From: Phoronis australis
Taxonomy: Eukaryota > Animalia > Phoronida
Length of the DNA stretch: 64,000 bases
NCBI GenBank assembly: GCA_002633005.1
Contig: NMRA01000412.1
Location: 200,614 to 264,613, forward strand
Direction of reading: 5' to 3'
The notes beneath the pieces are model-generated. The model had not been told where the DNA came from. It did not search any database and saw nothing but the letters and a program-made list of their open reading frames with translations. The position numbers and the translations under genes are program-made. Positions 1 through 12,032 of the stretch are shown here, in pieces (position 1 is the first letter of the stretch; each line of letters opens with the position of its first letter).

Positions 1-1545
1 GTGGGGTGCACGGGGGCCATTTTTCGATTAGACTAATGGTCAGAAATAAAAGCTATTGCGTGACCATCCTGAATATGCGGCAAAGGCATCACGATAACCT
101 GTTGGCATTCTCATAGATGATAGGCCAGTGTTTATGTACACTCGGCAACTTACTAACCTATCATAGCTTACAGAAAATGCAAGCATCTGAAGTTATTGTT
201 CGATGAGGTCGGCACAGGATTCAAAACTTATGGGATTGAAATCACTGCTTACTATCCACTGTCAGCAAATATTTTTTCAATCTAACGTGCTTAGTTCAGT
301 GGAACGCCGATCGGCATATCAAAAGCATGTGACCAAATCTATGCTAAAAATTCTGTCTCAGTGGCCATTAAACGTTACAATGCGCATGCTTGACGTTCCT
401 GATTTTACTGTAATCTTCCGCAAGCAAAATCGCGTCAGTAAAAAGACGGCGGCGCATGTCTTCGTCTTTCCTTACTTTCTAATTTCCTGTTAAATGTAGA
501 AAAACATTTGGTCGAAAACACTCAAAGACTTGTGGGTATACATGTATGTTCGTTATTATTCAGAAATGACCTTTTTAGACGTCTTTCCTGTCACTTTTTA
601 CACAAGAATCTATGAATGATTCGAACGCGCCTGGATGGCCATCAGTGTTCTCTTCTCGCTAGAGGTTTAATTCAACAACTGGGAGATTATTCGGGACTTT
701 TCCAGTTAAAGGCATTGTGGATAGATTCTTACTGTGGTAGACGCGTTTACATTTGTATGTGTGAAAACACTACGATCCAAGAAATGTCTTTTTGATCCAA
801 TTACACAGTTTGCGCTAACGCATAAGGTGTCATCCACACATGAATGCGTTTATGACCTACATGTATAACGACTTCAGATGGACATCAGTAATGATTAATG
901 AACAAGTATCTGTGTTTTCAGAAATTGTATTTATTAATCGTTTTTGAGATGTAATAATTGGGGTGTTGTTCTCTCCGGCTACAAAGCTTACTTCTCATCT
1001 GTCTGCACTAGTGTTAAGACGCTATTTCTAGAAGAGAACTTTAAGTGTTACTATCTTTCCACCGATTGTTTTGTGTTGATTTCATGTTTACTCAGTCCCG
1101 CTCTTTGAAAAAATTTGTTTCCGTGTGCCTGTATAAAACGAAAAACAAAATTAGAAGATTGGCGAATAAGAGTTTGATTCTGCAAGAAAACAATCCAAAC
1201 GTAATAAGGTAAAAGACAACATTGTGACTACTGTTATATATCTGGATGTTATTTTTGCATAAGTAACATTTTATGTTCTTGGTTACTCTTTGGCATGTGC
1301 CTCCTGCACAAACGTTCCTCTGTAAAATCTAGTTAGTTCAAGGAGGTATTTATTACTTATACAGTGGTAGAGCTGGGGTTGGTATGACACCTTGCTGCAC
1401 TTGTTTCAACTTTAGTCACCAGGTGGCAGTGCTGTATTGAAAAACTGGTAGCATCAGAGACAGAGACCCGGCGTAGAGCGTCTTTGGTAGCATGCACTTT
1501 TGTGTTAAAAAGTCCAATGTGTAGTAACTGCTGAGGAACAGTTTA

Positions 1546-1710
1546 CAGTGGCGGATTTAAAGGGGGGCCAAGGGGGCCATGGTCCCCCTAAAATTCTCAC
1601 AGATTCCATTTGGCAGTACGGGGGTGGGAATGTCTGACGGGCAAAATCCTGGCTAATACTTTATATTCTGCCCTGGCTCCCCCTAACTCAAAATCCTGGA
1701 TCCGCCCCTG
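1546..1710. mobile_element. MITE family A (CAGTGGCGGAT...ATCCGCCCCTG TIRs, 5-bp TSD; hAT5-like)
   Basis: TIRs at both ends; perfect 5-bp TSD GTTTA at 1541-1545 and 1711-1715; homologous copies at 14690, 18066 and 49584. Confidence 0.85.
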
Positions 1711-3781
1711 GTTTATGCTGGGGGGTTGGCCGAGTAGTAATTGCTGAAATGAGTTCTGACTATTCTGTGGTTACCAAGTGTAATACTTGAGATTGTGGAT
1801 GGCAAATTACCCTGGGAACACTACTGTAGTCACCGCGTGCAGCCACACGGAAGACCACGTGCGTTGAACCATCTGTTCCTGGAGACTGTTGACACGCCAT
1901 GCACAGTTTCACCACTGGACACTGCCGAACTATTTGTTCACTCGGAACTCCATAAACTCTCGAAGGTTCATAATTCACATTCAAGTTGCTGAGTACAGTT
2001 ACTGTAACTGTAAACGGTTTTGCCTTGGGTTCCTTCACATAACGTCAGTGGCGTATTTCCCACTTGAAACAGCTAAGAAACAGCCTATTGCGGCAATTTA
2101 CCGAGTCGGGTGCCAAAACGGCGAATACCTGCCTTTTGCCTTTGATAAGGGACAAGTTTGTGCTATCTCGAAAAATAACAAATCAACTACATTATGTAAT
2201 ATGTGTCAGTGTCGTCTACGTACAACAAGTCCTATCTTCTCACTCGAAATGTTTAATGCAACAATGCTCAACGTTACGTTTACTAGCAAGGTTTGACTGT
2301 GAACCCGTGGTCTTTTCCCTATTGAGTTGCGTTTCTAGAAGCGCGCAGTCATTTTTCTTTGAAAACACATCATTTTGCATCGGGACATGCGGAAACATGA
2401 AAACGCATTGGTTATCGAAATGGGTTTATGCATCTCGCATCACGTATGCTTGTGTCTTTAACCAGAGAGCAAGTTTGAAATGGGTTGAATAATAGATGCG
2501 TCACTTGTGTGTACTTTGCGGAAGTATTTTAAAATTCTGTTGCCTATGTTGTCGGCGACGGCATCCGGTTTCCGTTCAGCAGACGCAAAACACTCGCGAA
2601 AACGTAAAACCGCGGAAGGCTGCAAGATATCACCATGCTTTACAAGCACACCACGTGATCATATCTACCTCATTCCAGAGATTCTGTTATCTTCAGTTTC
2701 CTAGACTGTTGCAAAACAAAAGTGAATATTAAAGTGCATTGAAGTGACGCGTGTTCCCCAGCAGAAATGCATCTTGTTTAGTAGATATGGGTCTGGCCTG
2801 ATCAGTTTTATCGTTACATAGAAAGTACTTGGATAGCGCAGACCTCATTTCTTGGCCCATTTTCACCCCGTTCATTATTTTACCAACTCCGTTAACTGTC
2901 TTTGTGATCAAGTTAAGTTGCTTCACTGATAATCTACAAATTAACTAGAAACGAAGGCAAAACCATAACACTATTTGAGGAGGTAACAGAGGTGTAGAGA
3001 ACAAGGCGATATAAAACATTTTGCAAACTGTGCCAGGATTGACGTAAACACGTGCTTCGAAGACACTTTCAAACTACTGTCCATATTGCGCCCAGCTACA
3101 TAATCGGAAACCAATTAACGAATAATTCACCTGTTACATCCACGTATAGTCTGACGTATCTAAACCACAACTGTGTAACGAAAAATCAAATATTATTTGA
3201 TACGTTTTCATTGATTTTACCGGTAAATGTGTGTTTGTCCCCATGAATCACTCAAGCGTGCCCGGTGCACGAAAAAATTTAATCCACCGAGGACACCCGA
3301 CAGTTCAAAAATATTTTGATTTCGAGTTGCAGGACACCACGAGTATTTATCTATGCCTGGACAATAAATATTATTGCTGCCGTTTCATCGTTACATCCAG
3401 GGACGTAATGTGAAGGGCGTTCCATACACTCGAGACATTAGCCATGTACGTTTCAAAATCAATTTAATGAGTATAAGGAAATACAATGTATAAAATTATA
3501 TCCCAGAAATAGAATTCAAATAATATCTATACAAAATCTTTACCATACTCTCGCATCGAGAAATCTTTGCTTCCTATGGAAAGAAAACATTGAATATCTA
3601 CCCCATAATTCAACATCACAACCTCAATCACTTCAAAGGTTATTGGTTACGCTAGTACATGTATGGTCTCAAGTCTACACGCGAAACATTTGCCTTTCAC
3701 TCTCGTGATTGTGCGTGATCTTGCTCTTCTCTCAAGAAATTTGATTTACGTTACGCACTCTTTGTGTAACACACCGAAATT

Positions 3782-3849
3782 CATGCGCGGCGCAGCACCG
3801 AAATAAGTTCGGGGGGAGGGGCTATAACCCCTATGGTGCGCCTCCCATG
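3782..3849. mobile_element. MITE family B, 68-bp mini-copy (CATG.GCGGCGCA...TGCGCC.CCCATG TIRs)
   Basis: Imperfect TIRs; perfect 5-bp TSD AAATT (3777-3781, 3850-3854); related to 40256-40411. Confidence 0.75.
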
Positions 3850-4660
3850 AAATTATCTGCAGAAAACATTTCCGAAAGTACTCCGAGGGCGTACAATGTA
3901 CATTTGTGAAGAATACATGGTTGAAGTGTTTCTCCTATTTCTAAGAAAATGGTCACCACCATCGTTCAAAACTAAGCAAATTTTAACAATAGAGTCCTAC
4001 CTGTGGGTACAATTTCGTGGCGATAAAATATACCCTTCGACCTCTATTTAGATTTAGTTATTGGTCCCTAAACCGACATTTCCAGAATGCACTGTACGCA
4101 CCGGAATTGTTCGCAGAAAATAACGTAATGTGCCCAGCAATCAGCTGATGGTGGATTGCTGGACTTCATGCTAACGGTGTTTCCAAGGACACTAAGAGTA
4201 AGTAGTGTGCCTGACGTGTGCTTAATTGAACACTCTGTGTAATGCTTCAACCCTTTATCATCAATGCCACATTTGGTTTTTATCTCTGGAAACGGAGCTT
4301 GCGACGCACCTATCATTTTCGGGACATACGTTGAACATAAATACCCTTTATCACCAATGCCACATTTTGGCTTAAATGTCTTTAATTAGTGTTTTCGTGC
4401 TATTGGGTCCTAATAAAAGCCTGCAGTGAACATATTTTGACTAGTACCGCAGTTGCGTGCGTGCTCGAGGCTAAATATATTGACAACACGACACTTGACC
4501 TATCGCCAGGATTATGACGGACGGCTTAATTGACCAATCAGAACGCAGCATTCTTGGCACACCTTCGTCTGCGTTTCCAAGCCGCCATTTTACCCGACAA
4601 ACCACACGCAGTCGAGTAAAACTTACTTTAGTCTATAGCTCAAGAAATTGTCCGCTAAGA

Positions 4661-4880
4661 ATGGGAAAACGGTATTGATATGACGTGTGTAGCACCGACA
4701 GCCGTTAAGCTGCTCCAGAATAATATCCCGTCATTTTTTGGCATGTCCTAAGCCGAAAAATGATGTTGAAAAGCATAAATTATGGATCAAACTGTACGGC
4801 CACACGAGCAGCTGAACTTAGCGATGTTGCTTAATAACTCAAAGGCTATGATAAACACAAATATATTAGTTCCAAGATAC
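4661..4880 (+). pseudogene. Decayed THAP-domain ORF of a DNA transposon
   Basis: Broken translation MGKRY*YDVCSTDSR*...(F)PKPKNDVEKHKLWIKLYG/PHEQLNL resembles the THAP pattern (C-x-C...FP...W); contains stops and frameshifts. Confidence 0.55.
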
Positions 4881-5546
4881 GCACTTTTCAGCTTGGTGCC
4901 TATGGTGCAGGGCTATCTCACATTTTGACTCCCAAATTTGCTACGTCTGGCCGCCTTTGTCTCGGCACCTGCTGGATCTCAGCACTGTAGCGGTAGTCCC
5001 CGGAAATTATTGTTTTCGAGGACATTTTTATTTTATGTTTTTTTATTTATTTCAACCCAATGGACATTATTTTGTTTCGTATCAGAGGTACATTTTTGTT
5101 ATTCATAAACCGTAAGCTGGCGTTCAACTGAACTTCTCTCCCGGTCAAAATTCAGAGATTCGATCGGCACAGGGAAGGGCACTGGTCGAGCTGTTGTTAC
5201 TAAAAATAAACTGTTGAATTACTTTTTGACGTGTACCTCTAGTTTTCACTATGTCTGTAGAGTTAGAGAGAGCTCATTTTGAAGTTGTTCAAACATGATA
5301 TTTAGATTCATGAAGCTTTAAAAAAGAATTTGAGTTATTTTTGTAAATACCCTATTTTTTCAACTACCACACCAGACTTGTAATCTTTTGTAACCATACC
5401 ACGACTTAGTGATGATGCTACCTTCAAAATTAAATGAAAGCTACCTCTATGGAATGTAACTACAAAAATGCCAAGTTCATAAGAAGGTAGGCCTAATTTA
5501 AATGTCTTAATGGTGCAAACGAACAATTCCATAGGCGGATTTGGGG

Positions 5547-6075
5547 NNNNNNNNNNNNNNNNNNNNNNNNNNNNNNNNNNNNNNNNNNNNNNNNNNNNNN
5601 NNNNNNNNNNNNNNNNNNNNNNNNNNNNNNNNNNNNNNNNNNNNNNNNNNNNNNNNNNNNNNNNNNNNNNNNNNNNNNNNNNNNNNNNNNNNNNNNNNNN
5701 NNNNNNNNNNNNNNNNNNNNNNNNNNNNNNNNNNNNNNNNNNNNNNNNNNNNNNNNNNNNNNNNNNNNNNNNNNNNNNNNNNNNNNNNNNNNNNNNNNNN
5801 NNNNNNNNNNNNNNNNNNNNNNNNNNNNNNNNNNNNNNNNNNNNNNNNNNNNNNNNNNNNNNNNNNNNNNNNNNNNNNNNNNNNNNNNNNNNNNNNNNNN
5901 NNNNNNNNNNNNNNNNNNNNNNNNNNNNNNNNNNNNNNNNNNNNNNNNNNNNNNNNNNNNNNNNNNNNNNNNNNNNNNNNNNNNNNNNNNNNNNNNNNNN
6001 NNNNNNNNNNNNNNNNNNNNNNNNNNNNNNNNNNNNNNNNNNNNNNNNNNNNNNNNNNNNNNNNNNNNNNNNNNN
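5547..6075. other. Assembly gap (529 N)
   Basis: Run of N. Confidence 1.
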
Positions 6076-6387
6076 CGAGGCCGAGGGGTTCTTCGGATTT
6101 TCGCTGGCTCCTCGAGCACTTATTTTTTCATCGTCACCTTTACAAATTCCCATATGATGAACGTACGATTCACTGTTGAAAAGCATGGCCTCTTGTCTCT
6201 GTCGACGCGTTTTCAAATAGTGCAAAAACACTCATCGATTCCACCACGAACGTCGTTTAGCGACAGTATATTTGCCTCTGACATCCCGCTCGAATGTCGG
6301 GTATCACGTGACTTTTCGCATAGGAGCGGAGCTTGCGATAGGTCAATCGAGGGTAATTTTCGCCTCTAGTACGTAAATCTCCACTGA

Positions 6388-9300
6388 TAGCCCATAGCCA
6401 ATTGGACTTTAGGAAGCCTAGAAAATCACTTCCGTGGCCACTTTTTGGGGGAAAGATAATTTTGGTGTTTTTAAGGTCATTAAGTAGTATACTTTAAGAA
6501 TCTAAAAAGTTCCCAACGTTTGACTTTCACGTTTTCGAGAAATTTGACATAAAAAATCTGACTTTTTGCAAAATTTGACTCAGAAAACCAATCTACAAAA
6601 ACCAACAACACAAGACAAAAAACTAAATAATAAAATAATAATATGATTGGGTTTTGTTCATTTGAAAATATTGAACAAAGAATTTCAAAGTGATAAATAT
6701 TATGTATGACATTAGGCGGAAAATTGCTCAAAAAAGAGAAAAAATAAAATTTTAGCAGCGCCTCCTGTAGACCAGAAAACATACTACAGCATTCTGAACT
6801 CCTACAAAAAGAACTTATTTGGAATTTGATAAAGATTTGACATCACAACCTACACGTGAACACCATACATTTCCAATGCTTCTGAAACAAATTTTCTGTC
6901 ATCAATGTCATTAATTTTCATAATAAATTAACATTATGCCACATTGCAGTTCACTGTCAACTGTCACAGGGAACGACACATCAAGCAGTGTCAGTCACGA
7001 GCATGAAAATGTTCTCAATATTTTCCATTAGGTTGAAAATTTAAAGTTCCTTAACAACATACATACACTTATTATGTTTCATCCACTCCATCATCATTTA
7101 CACCATCATTATTGTCATCAGAAGTTGTTTTTTGACTGAGACACCGTGTTCACACAGTCTGGGCAGTCACACAACTTAGAACATGGCATGCCTGACTCCA
7201 AACAAGAGCACATTTTTTACTACAACCACTTCTTTTACACTTGCCATTAACATTTTTCATGGCATTTTCTGGGGCTAAAGGCAGAGTCATCCAGTGGAGC
7301 ATCAGATTTCCCCGCTCCAAAAGCCACCCATTAGCAACTGGAAATGATGCACTGACTTGCTGTTGCAAGGTTAGTATGTGAATGGCACACTGGTAGTTTG
7401 CTCTTTTAGCATGTAGCAGCAAACAATCATGATGAGGAGGCAGATCACAGATTTCAACCTGAATATGTGGTAGTGTGCTTTATTAACTGTTGATGACTCG
7501 CCGTACAGCTTGCATACAAACGGTTCAATGTCTTCCATGAGTTAACCAGTAAACAAAAATTTTGAGTCCAAATTTAATGGCAAAGACAAAGTTAAAAAAA
7601 TATCTCTGCAAGCCTGTATACTACCCAAAAATAAAAAAAGTTCTGATAACATGAATATCGTTTCATCTAAACAGTAAACCTATTTAACTGAAATAGATAA
7701 CCAAAGCACACAGTATGGCCAAAAACTGAAATTTCATTTTGTCTAAGTGCTCAGCAAAAATAAGCATTAAGAGAAATGAGCATCATTATTAGGATTGGTT
7801 GCACTGTGCAGCTGCTTTCAAACAATTTGAAACGTAGAAACATTTTTATCATCCTTAATACAGTAGTTCAGCCTTTGAAAAATAGAGGAATGGTCATGTT
7901 GGCAATAGTTTTTGTTTGAAAAGGGTCTTCTCTACCGTAGAGCAAAAATTTCATTTGACGCTTCCTGTTTTAAATAGCACATAATTGGAAGAGTAAAAAT
8001 TTTCCTTTGCTAAAAACTTCAATTCAAGAATCTTCAAAATGTGAGATACTGAACTCTGCGAAACATTTGAATTTTCAATATCAATAAATTAGAGAACACA
8101 GGCAATATTTCCATTTTTATATTTCTCAAATTCGAAATAATGCTCATGATTTTGCATAAAAGGATCTCAAAATAGGCTTAGAAGTTCATAAAAAGCAATG
8201 CTGATCACTCACATGTACATTTATGTAAAAGCAACTGCCAGTACATTTGATATTGAGACCACTATTACAACAAATTTATCAAGCAAAATAATTTTTGTTC
8301 TGTGACCTAAACTAAAGATTATTTTCCATAAATGACACCTTTTCAAATTAAGAATAGGTAGGCGTATTTACAATTGAATGTTTGGAACTAGGATAGGTTT
8401 TGAACTTTTCTTTTGTTTGTGAAGTTGCCCTGTGATGAAATTTGATTTGTGGCAAATGGTTCATTGTGGTGGCAACACATATACGGTATATATCTTTGAG
8501 CACTGTTAAATGTACATGTAACTGACAGTGACAATCTCCTTAATTTTCTCGTGGGCTCAACATTATTTCCATCATCACCTTGGTACGTCTTTTTCTTTTT
8601 TAAGAGCACTTTCAATTTTTGTCACATCCGTAAAGTGTCTGTAATAATGCTTGTGATAGGAGCCTAAACATGGGGGGGCTCGAGTTTTTCAGAATATGGA
8701 CATTTATTAATATTCACGGGGTACGTCAGAGCTACATGTATGAATTGTGTGTTCATCGAATTTTGGTAGTTCCTACCATTTTAGTGAACTTTTGTCTTAT
8801 TTTCTACTTTTTCGAAGTTTTTGTTTCTCTGAGGCAAACGTTTTTGCCCACTTTACCAAATGGGGGAGGCTCGTTCAAGCCCCCGGGCCCCCCACCTCTG
8901 ATTGCGCGCATGACAAGAGCTCTGTTTTTTCACAAACACTTAAAAACTTACACTCTGAAAATTCCAGCTCAGAAATTTGAGCAGAAGCAGCCACATGAAT
9001 GCAACAAGGGGCAGACATAATGCCAGTCTATCGTGAAGTCGCACACTCGTTGAATAATTCATAGTTCAGCAGAGTCCTAGTTGTGCCAAAACTGTTCTTT
9101 GCGAAACACTAAATGATTCAGGAATGTGCCAAATTCTTTGCAAAACACAAAATGATTCAGGAATTTGCCAAGAATTGTTTTGGTACGATGACTCTCGTGG
9201 CCACATGATTTGGCTTTCCTCAATTCCTAACTGCTGCCTGCTGGTTTTTGAGCCTTGGCCCTTGGTAATTGTCTATTACTTGCACACCCATTCAAGAATT

Positions 9301-9675
9301 AATACTATCCAATATAGTCAGTGGCAGTAAACAAGCTAGCTAAGCCAGCAGGATAACATCAGCTGACTGTCCTCTGATGAAGGTTTTCATGCCAAGCACA
9401 CGACTTTTGAAGGGGAAAGGTGTGGACTCAATATTTTCCTGGTATTTGATTGGCTGTTCGGATCATTTTGCACTGACACCTGGTGGCTAAGATATTAGTT
9501 GAGGTTATATTTTCCAACTTTTAAATTAAAATTATTACTGAACGTGCAAGTTTATTCTTGGAACTTTTTTGAAATTGACTATTGAACATCTGTAGATCGG
9601 TTTAATGCAAAGTTCCCGTTGCCCCCAGAAAGTGGCCACGGAGGTGAAACATAGGAGAGCTGGTACTATGGCCTA
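6388..9675 (-). mobile_element. Internally deleted Academ-like DNA transposon
   Basis: Termini TAG...CTA. Imperfect TIRs: TAGCCCATAG...TCACTTCCGTGGCCACTTTTTGGGGG (left) vs TAGGCCATAG...TCACCTCCGTGGCCACTTTCTGGGGG (right, reverse complement). Flanks TGA/TGT. Minus-strand transposase remnants lie inside. Confidence 0.7.
7146..7620 (-). pseudogene. Academ-type transposase C-terminal remnant (post-XPG region + Cys-rich finger)
   Basis: IEPFVCKLYG...VNKAHYHIF...DLPPHHDCLLLHAKRANYQ...NGWLL...HWMTLPLAPE...CKRSGCSKK/CSCLESGMPCSKLCDCPDCVN; contains a stop and a frameshift. Confidence 0.7.
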
Positions 9676-10214
9676 TGTCTCGAGTCTATCACTGGAAATG
9701 CTGGCTGATACAAGACTATATTGGACTAATCGAAAAGGAACACTATGATTAACACAAATCAGTCTATGTATAGGTACATTTTACGAATAAAATGACAAAT
9801 AGCACTTGCAACAGATAAAACAAGGCCATCTCCTGCTAAATTCTAGGGTCAAGTACTGGTATCCTACGTCTCCACCAGTTAAAAGGTAACACGCAACCGT
9901 TAGTTCACTTCAAATTTCAAAAGTCTTCATTGTGCCGTAGGGCAAGTTTTGAACTTTAAAATTTGCGTTCGGTCAAAAAATGAGTTTGACCACGTATTGT
10001 TTACAAAGTGATATCAGATGAGAAATAGTTGAGACAAAATCAACTATCAGTTGGTCAATACATGTACATGAGAGCATGCTCGATGCATGAATGACCCGCG
10101 GGTGGCAAGCTAACCTGATCCTTGTCTCGAGCAATTTTCGCTTCTTTCCTAGCATACAAAAATCTCTTTGACATTTTTGTAAATACGCATTTACTCAAAA
10201 AAAACTCATGGGGA

Positions 10215-11660
10215 TCAATTTAAAATCCATAGATACTCATTGACATTGTCAACAACGAAAACATCGCCAGTTTGAATGTCAGTGCTAACAAGTTTAGCGT
10301 TTGTATGAATCTTTGTGAAATTCGCAGTTTCCGGTGCCTGTGCCGAAATATGATTGCTTTTGTATAGTACTGCATTTTGATCCGTAAAATACACCACATC
10401 ACTTCCAACGGCAATACTCTTCACTACGCCCGCAGTTGGTTGAAGTACGTGAGCCAGTTTCCAAGACCGTCCTGTCCCCGAGCCGTCGTCGCCATAGGTA
10501 TTTTCTCTATAATATACCTTGCCGCCAGCAGACATCCAAAGACCAGCTGTTCCCACTGATATAACTGTGCCAATATCTGATGACAGCGGATTAAACACAT
10601 GTAGTGATGAATCATACTTGAAAATTTTTCCAGACGAGGGATTTTTAAACGTTCCTTGACGTGCCCAAATGCTCCCCGACACCTGGGATGTTATAACAAC
10701 GCTTAGGCTTAAGAATGGTAACGATTCGTCGGATAGACTCAGACCTATTATCCTGTCTTCGTTGGACACGTCGCGGTAGAAAAACGCACCAAAATCGTTG
10801 CCGACCAATTTAATAAGCCAAATACCGTCATTTCCAGACGAAACGTCGACGATTGCTTCTTTTTTCCTAATCAAACTATTCTTCATTTTCCATGATGACG
10901 TCAGCATAGTTTCGTTATTTCTTCCGTTAATGTGAGAACCCGGCTTGTAAAAGAGGCCTAAGCTGCTAACGATCCACAAACCAGTATTTCCAAAGGATAC
11001 GGAAAGTATCCGACCAGTTGCTTCATACCCACTAAAAAGGATCGAATTTGAAGCTGAAGATGTTGTTCCAAAAACTGCCGCTGTTGTCACAGCGAGCATG
11101 GTGTCTGTTTCACCAACAGTAATTTCTGTATCTTTAACACTGGTCACTGTCGTCAAACTACCGCTACTTGTGCTACTGTCGTACTCAGTTGGATCTGTCA
11201 GGGGCATCCACGCATGTGTATTAGCCGTCGTCAAACTGTCTTTCCCATTCGGCGTTATTTTAGCTGTTGTTCTGAAGCTATCACAAGGCCGTCCAGTTCC
11301 ATTACCAGCAAACCCGGTGTTGTTGCATCCCCTGAGTTTCACAAAGAGAACGGACAACGTGTTGATGTGCATTGTCAAATTCACGTCAGCCGGGTAGTCG
11401 TTGCAGCTCGTAAAGTCGCACTGAACGCTAGTTTTGTGACAGTTCCCGCGTGTAACAGAGACAGACCGGCATGTCACGTCTCTTGAACAGACGTGCTTGC
11501 AATCGTGCTCTGCAGCAAGCAAGACAGTACTAGAAATGTCAGTAACTCGTGTATTTTTGACCATGCAGAACCATGTGACACTGTTTGCAGTGCAAACTCC
11601 TACAGCACTGATGAAAAACAACACACGCCACAGTAATGCAGGACCAAAAACATGCAACAT
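10215..11660 (-). CDS. Secreted PAN/apple + Thr/Ser-rich linker + tectonin-like six-bladed beta-propeller protein (lectin-like), single coding exon, ~481 aa
   Basis: Uninterrupted 1446-nt ORF from ATG 11660. Signal peptide MLHVFGPALLWRVLFFISAVGVCTA; PAN pattern DCKHVCSRDVTCRSVS...C; Thr-rich stretch; repeats SVSFGNTGLWIV, DVSSGNDGIWLI, ISVGTAGLWMS..GKVYYRENTYGD..GRSW, SIAVGSDVVY. Confidence 0.85.
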   Translation of the reverse strand: MLHVFGPALLWRVLFFISAVGVCTANSVTWFCMVKNTRVTDISSTVLLAAEHDCKHVCSRDVTCRSVSVTRGNCHKTSVQCDFTSCNDYPADVNLTMHINTLSVLFVKLRGCNNTGFAGNGTGRPCDSFRTTAKITPNGKDSLTTANTHAWMPLTDPTEYDSSTSSGSLTTVTSVKDTEITVGETDTMLAVTTAAVFGTTSSASNSILFSGYEATGRILSVSFGNTGLWIVSSLGLFYKPGSHINGRNNETMLTSSWKMKNSLIRKKEAIVDVSSGNDGIWLIKLVGNDFGAFFYRDVSNEDRIIGLSLSDESLPFLSLSVVITSQVSGSIWARQGTFKNPSSGKIFKYDSSLHVFNPLSSDIGTVISVGTAGLWMSAGGKVYYRENTYGDDGSGTGRSWKLAHVLQPTAGVVKSIAVGSDVVYFTDQNAVLYKSNHISAQAPETANFTKIHTNAKLVSTDIQTGDVFVVDNVNEYLWILN

Positions 11661-12032
11661 TGCGAAGTATGCCTTTAATTCCAATTCACCATGCAGCCTC
11701 TACAACTGCCAAACGTTACTAACATTTTATATGACTTGAAAAGAAAACATCAAATAAAAAATTAATGGTTGCGTTCATACTACAAAAGGAAGGGTAAACA
11801 TGTATGTACACATGTATTTTGATAATACACCATAAATGAATATTGCAGAGACTATGTGTGGGGTTGACTTATCCCACTGTGAAAGAGCGATTTTTGTGAG
11901 TGGAACGTAAATTATAACAAATGCTTGCATTCTTAAACAATGCTACAACGGTTTATTCAGACTGTTAAAGCGAGTTGAATTTTGAGATTGGGTTTCTTCG
12001 CCATGTGAGATTTTGCGAGCGCGACACTACAG

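Noticed and set aside
203-3413. Cluster of 60-140-aa ORFs at the window start
   Set aside because: Overlapping frames, non-ATG starts and no motifs; consistent with non-coding or TE sequence.
5335-6231. Four long ORFs in the supplied track
   Set aside because: They are open only because they run through the N gap.
11661-11684. TTG start given for the 489-aa ORF
   Set aside because: Eukaryotic gene; the ATG at 11660 directly begins the signal peptide.
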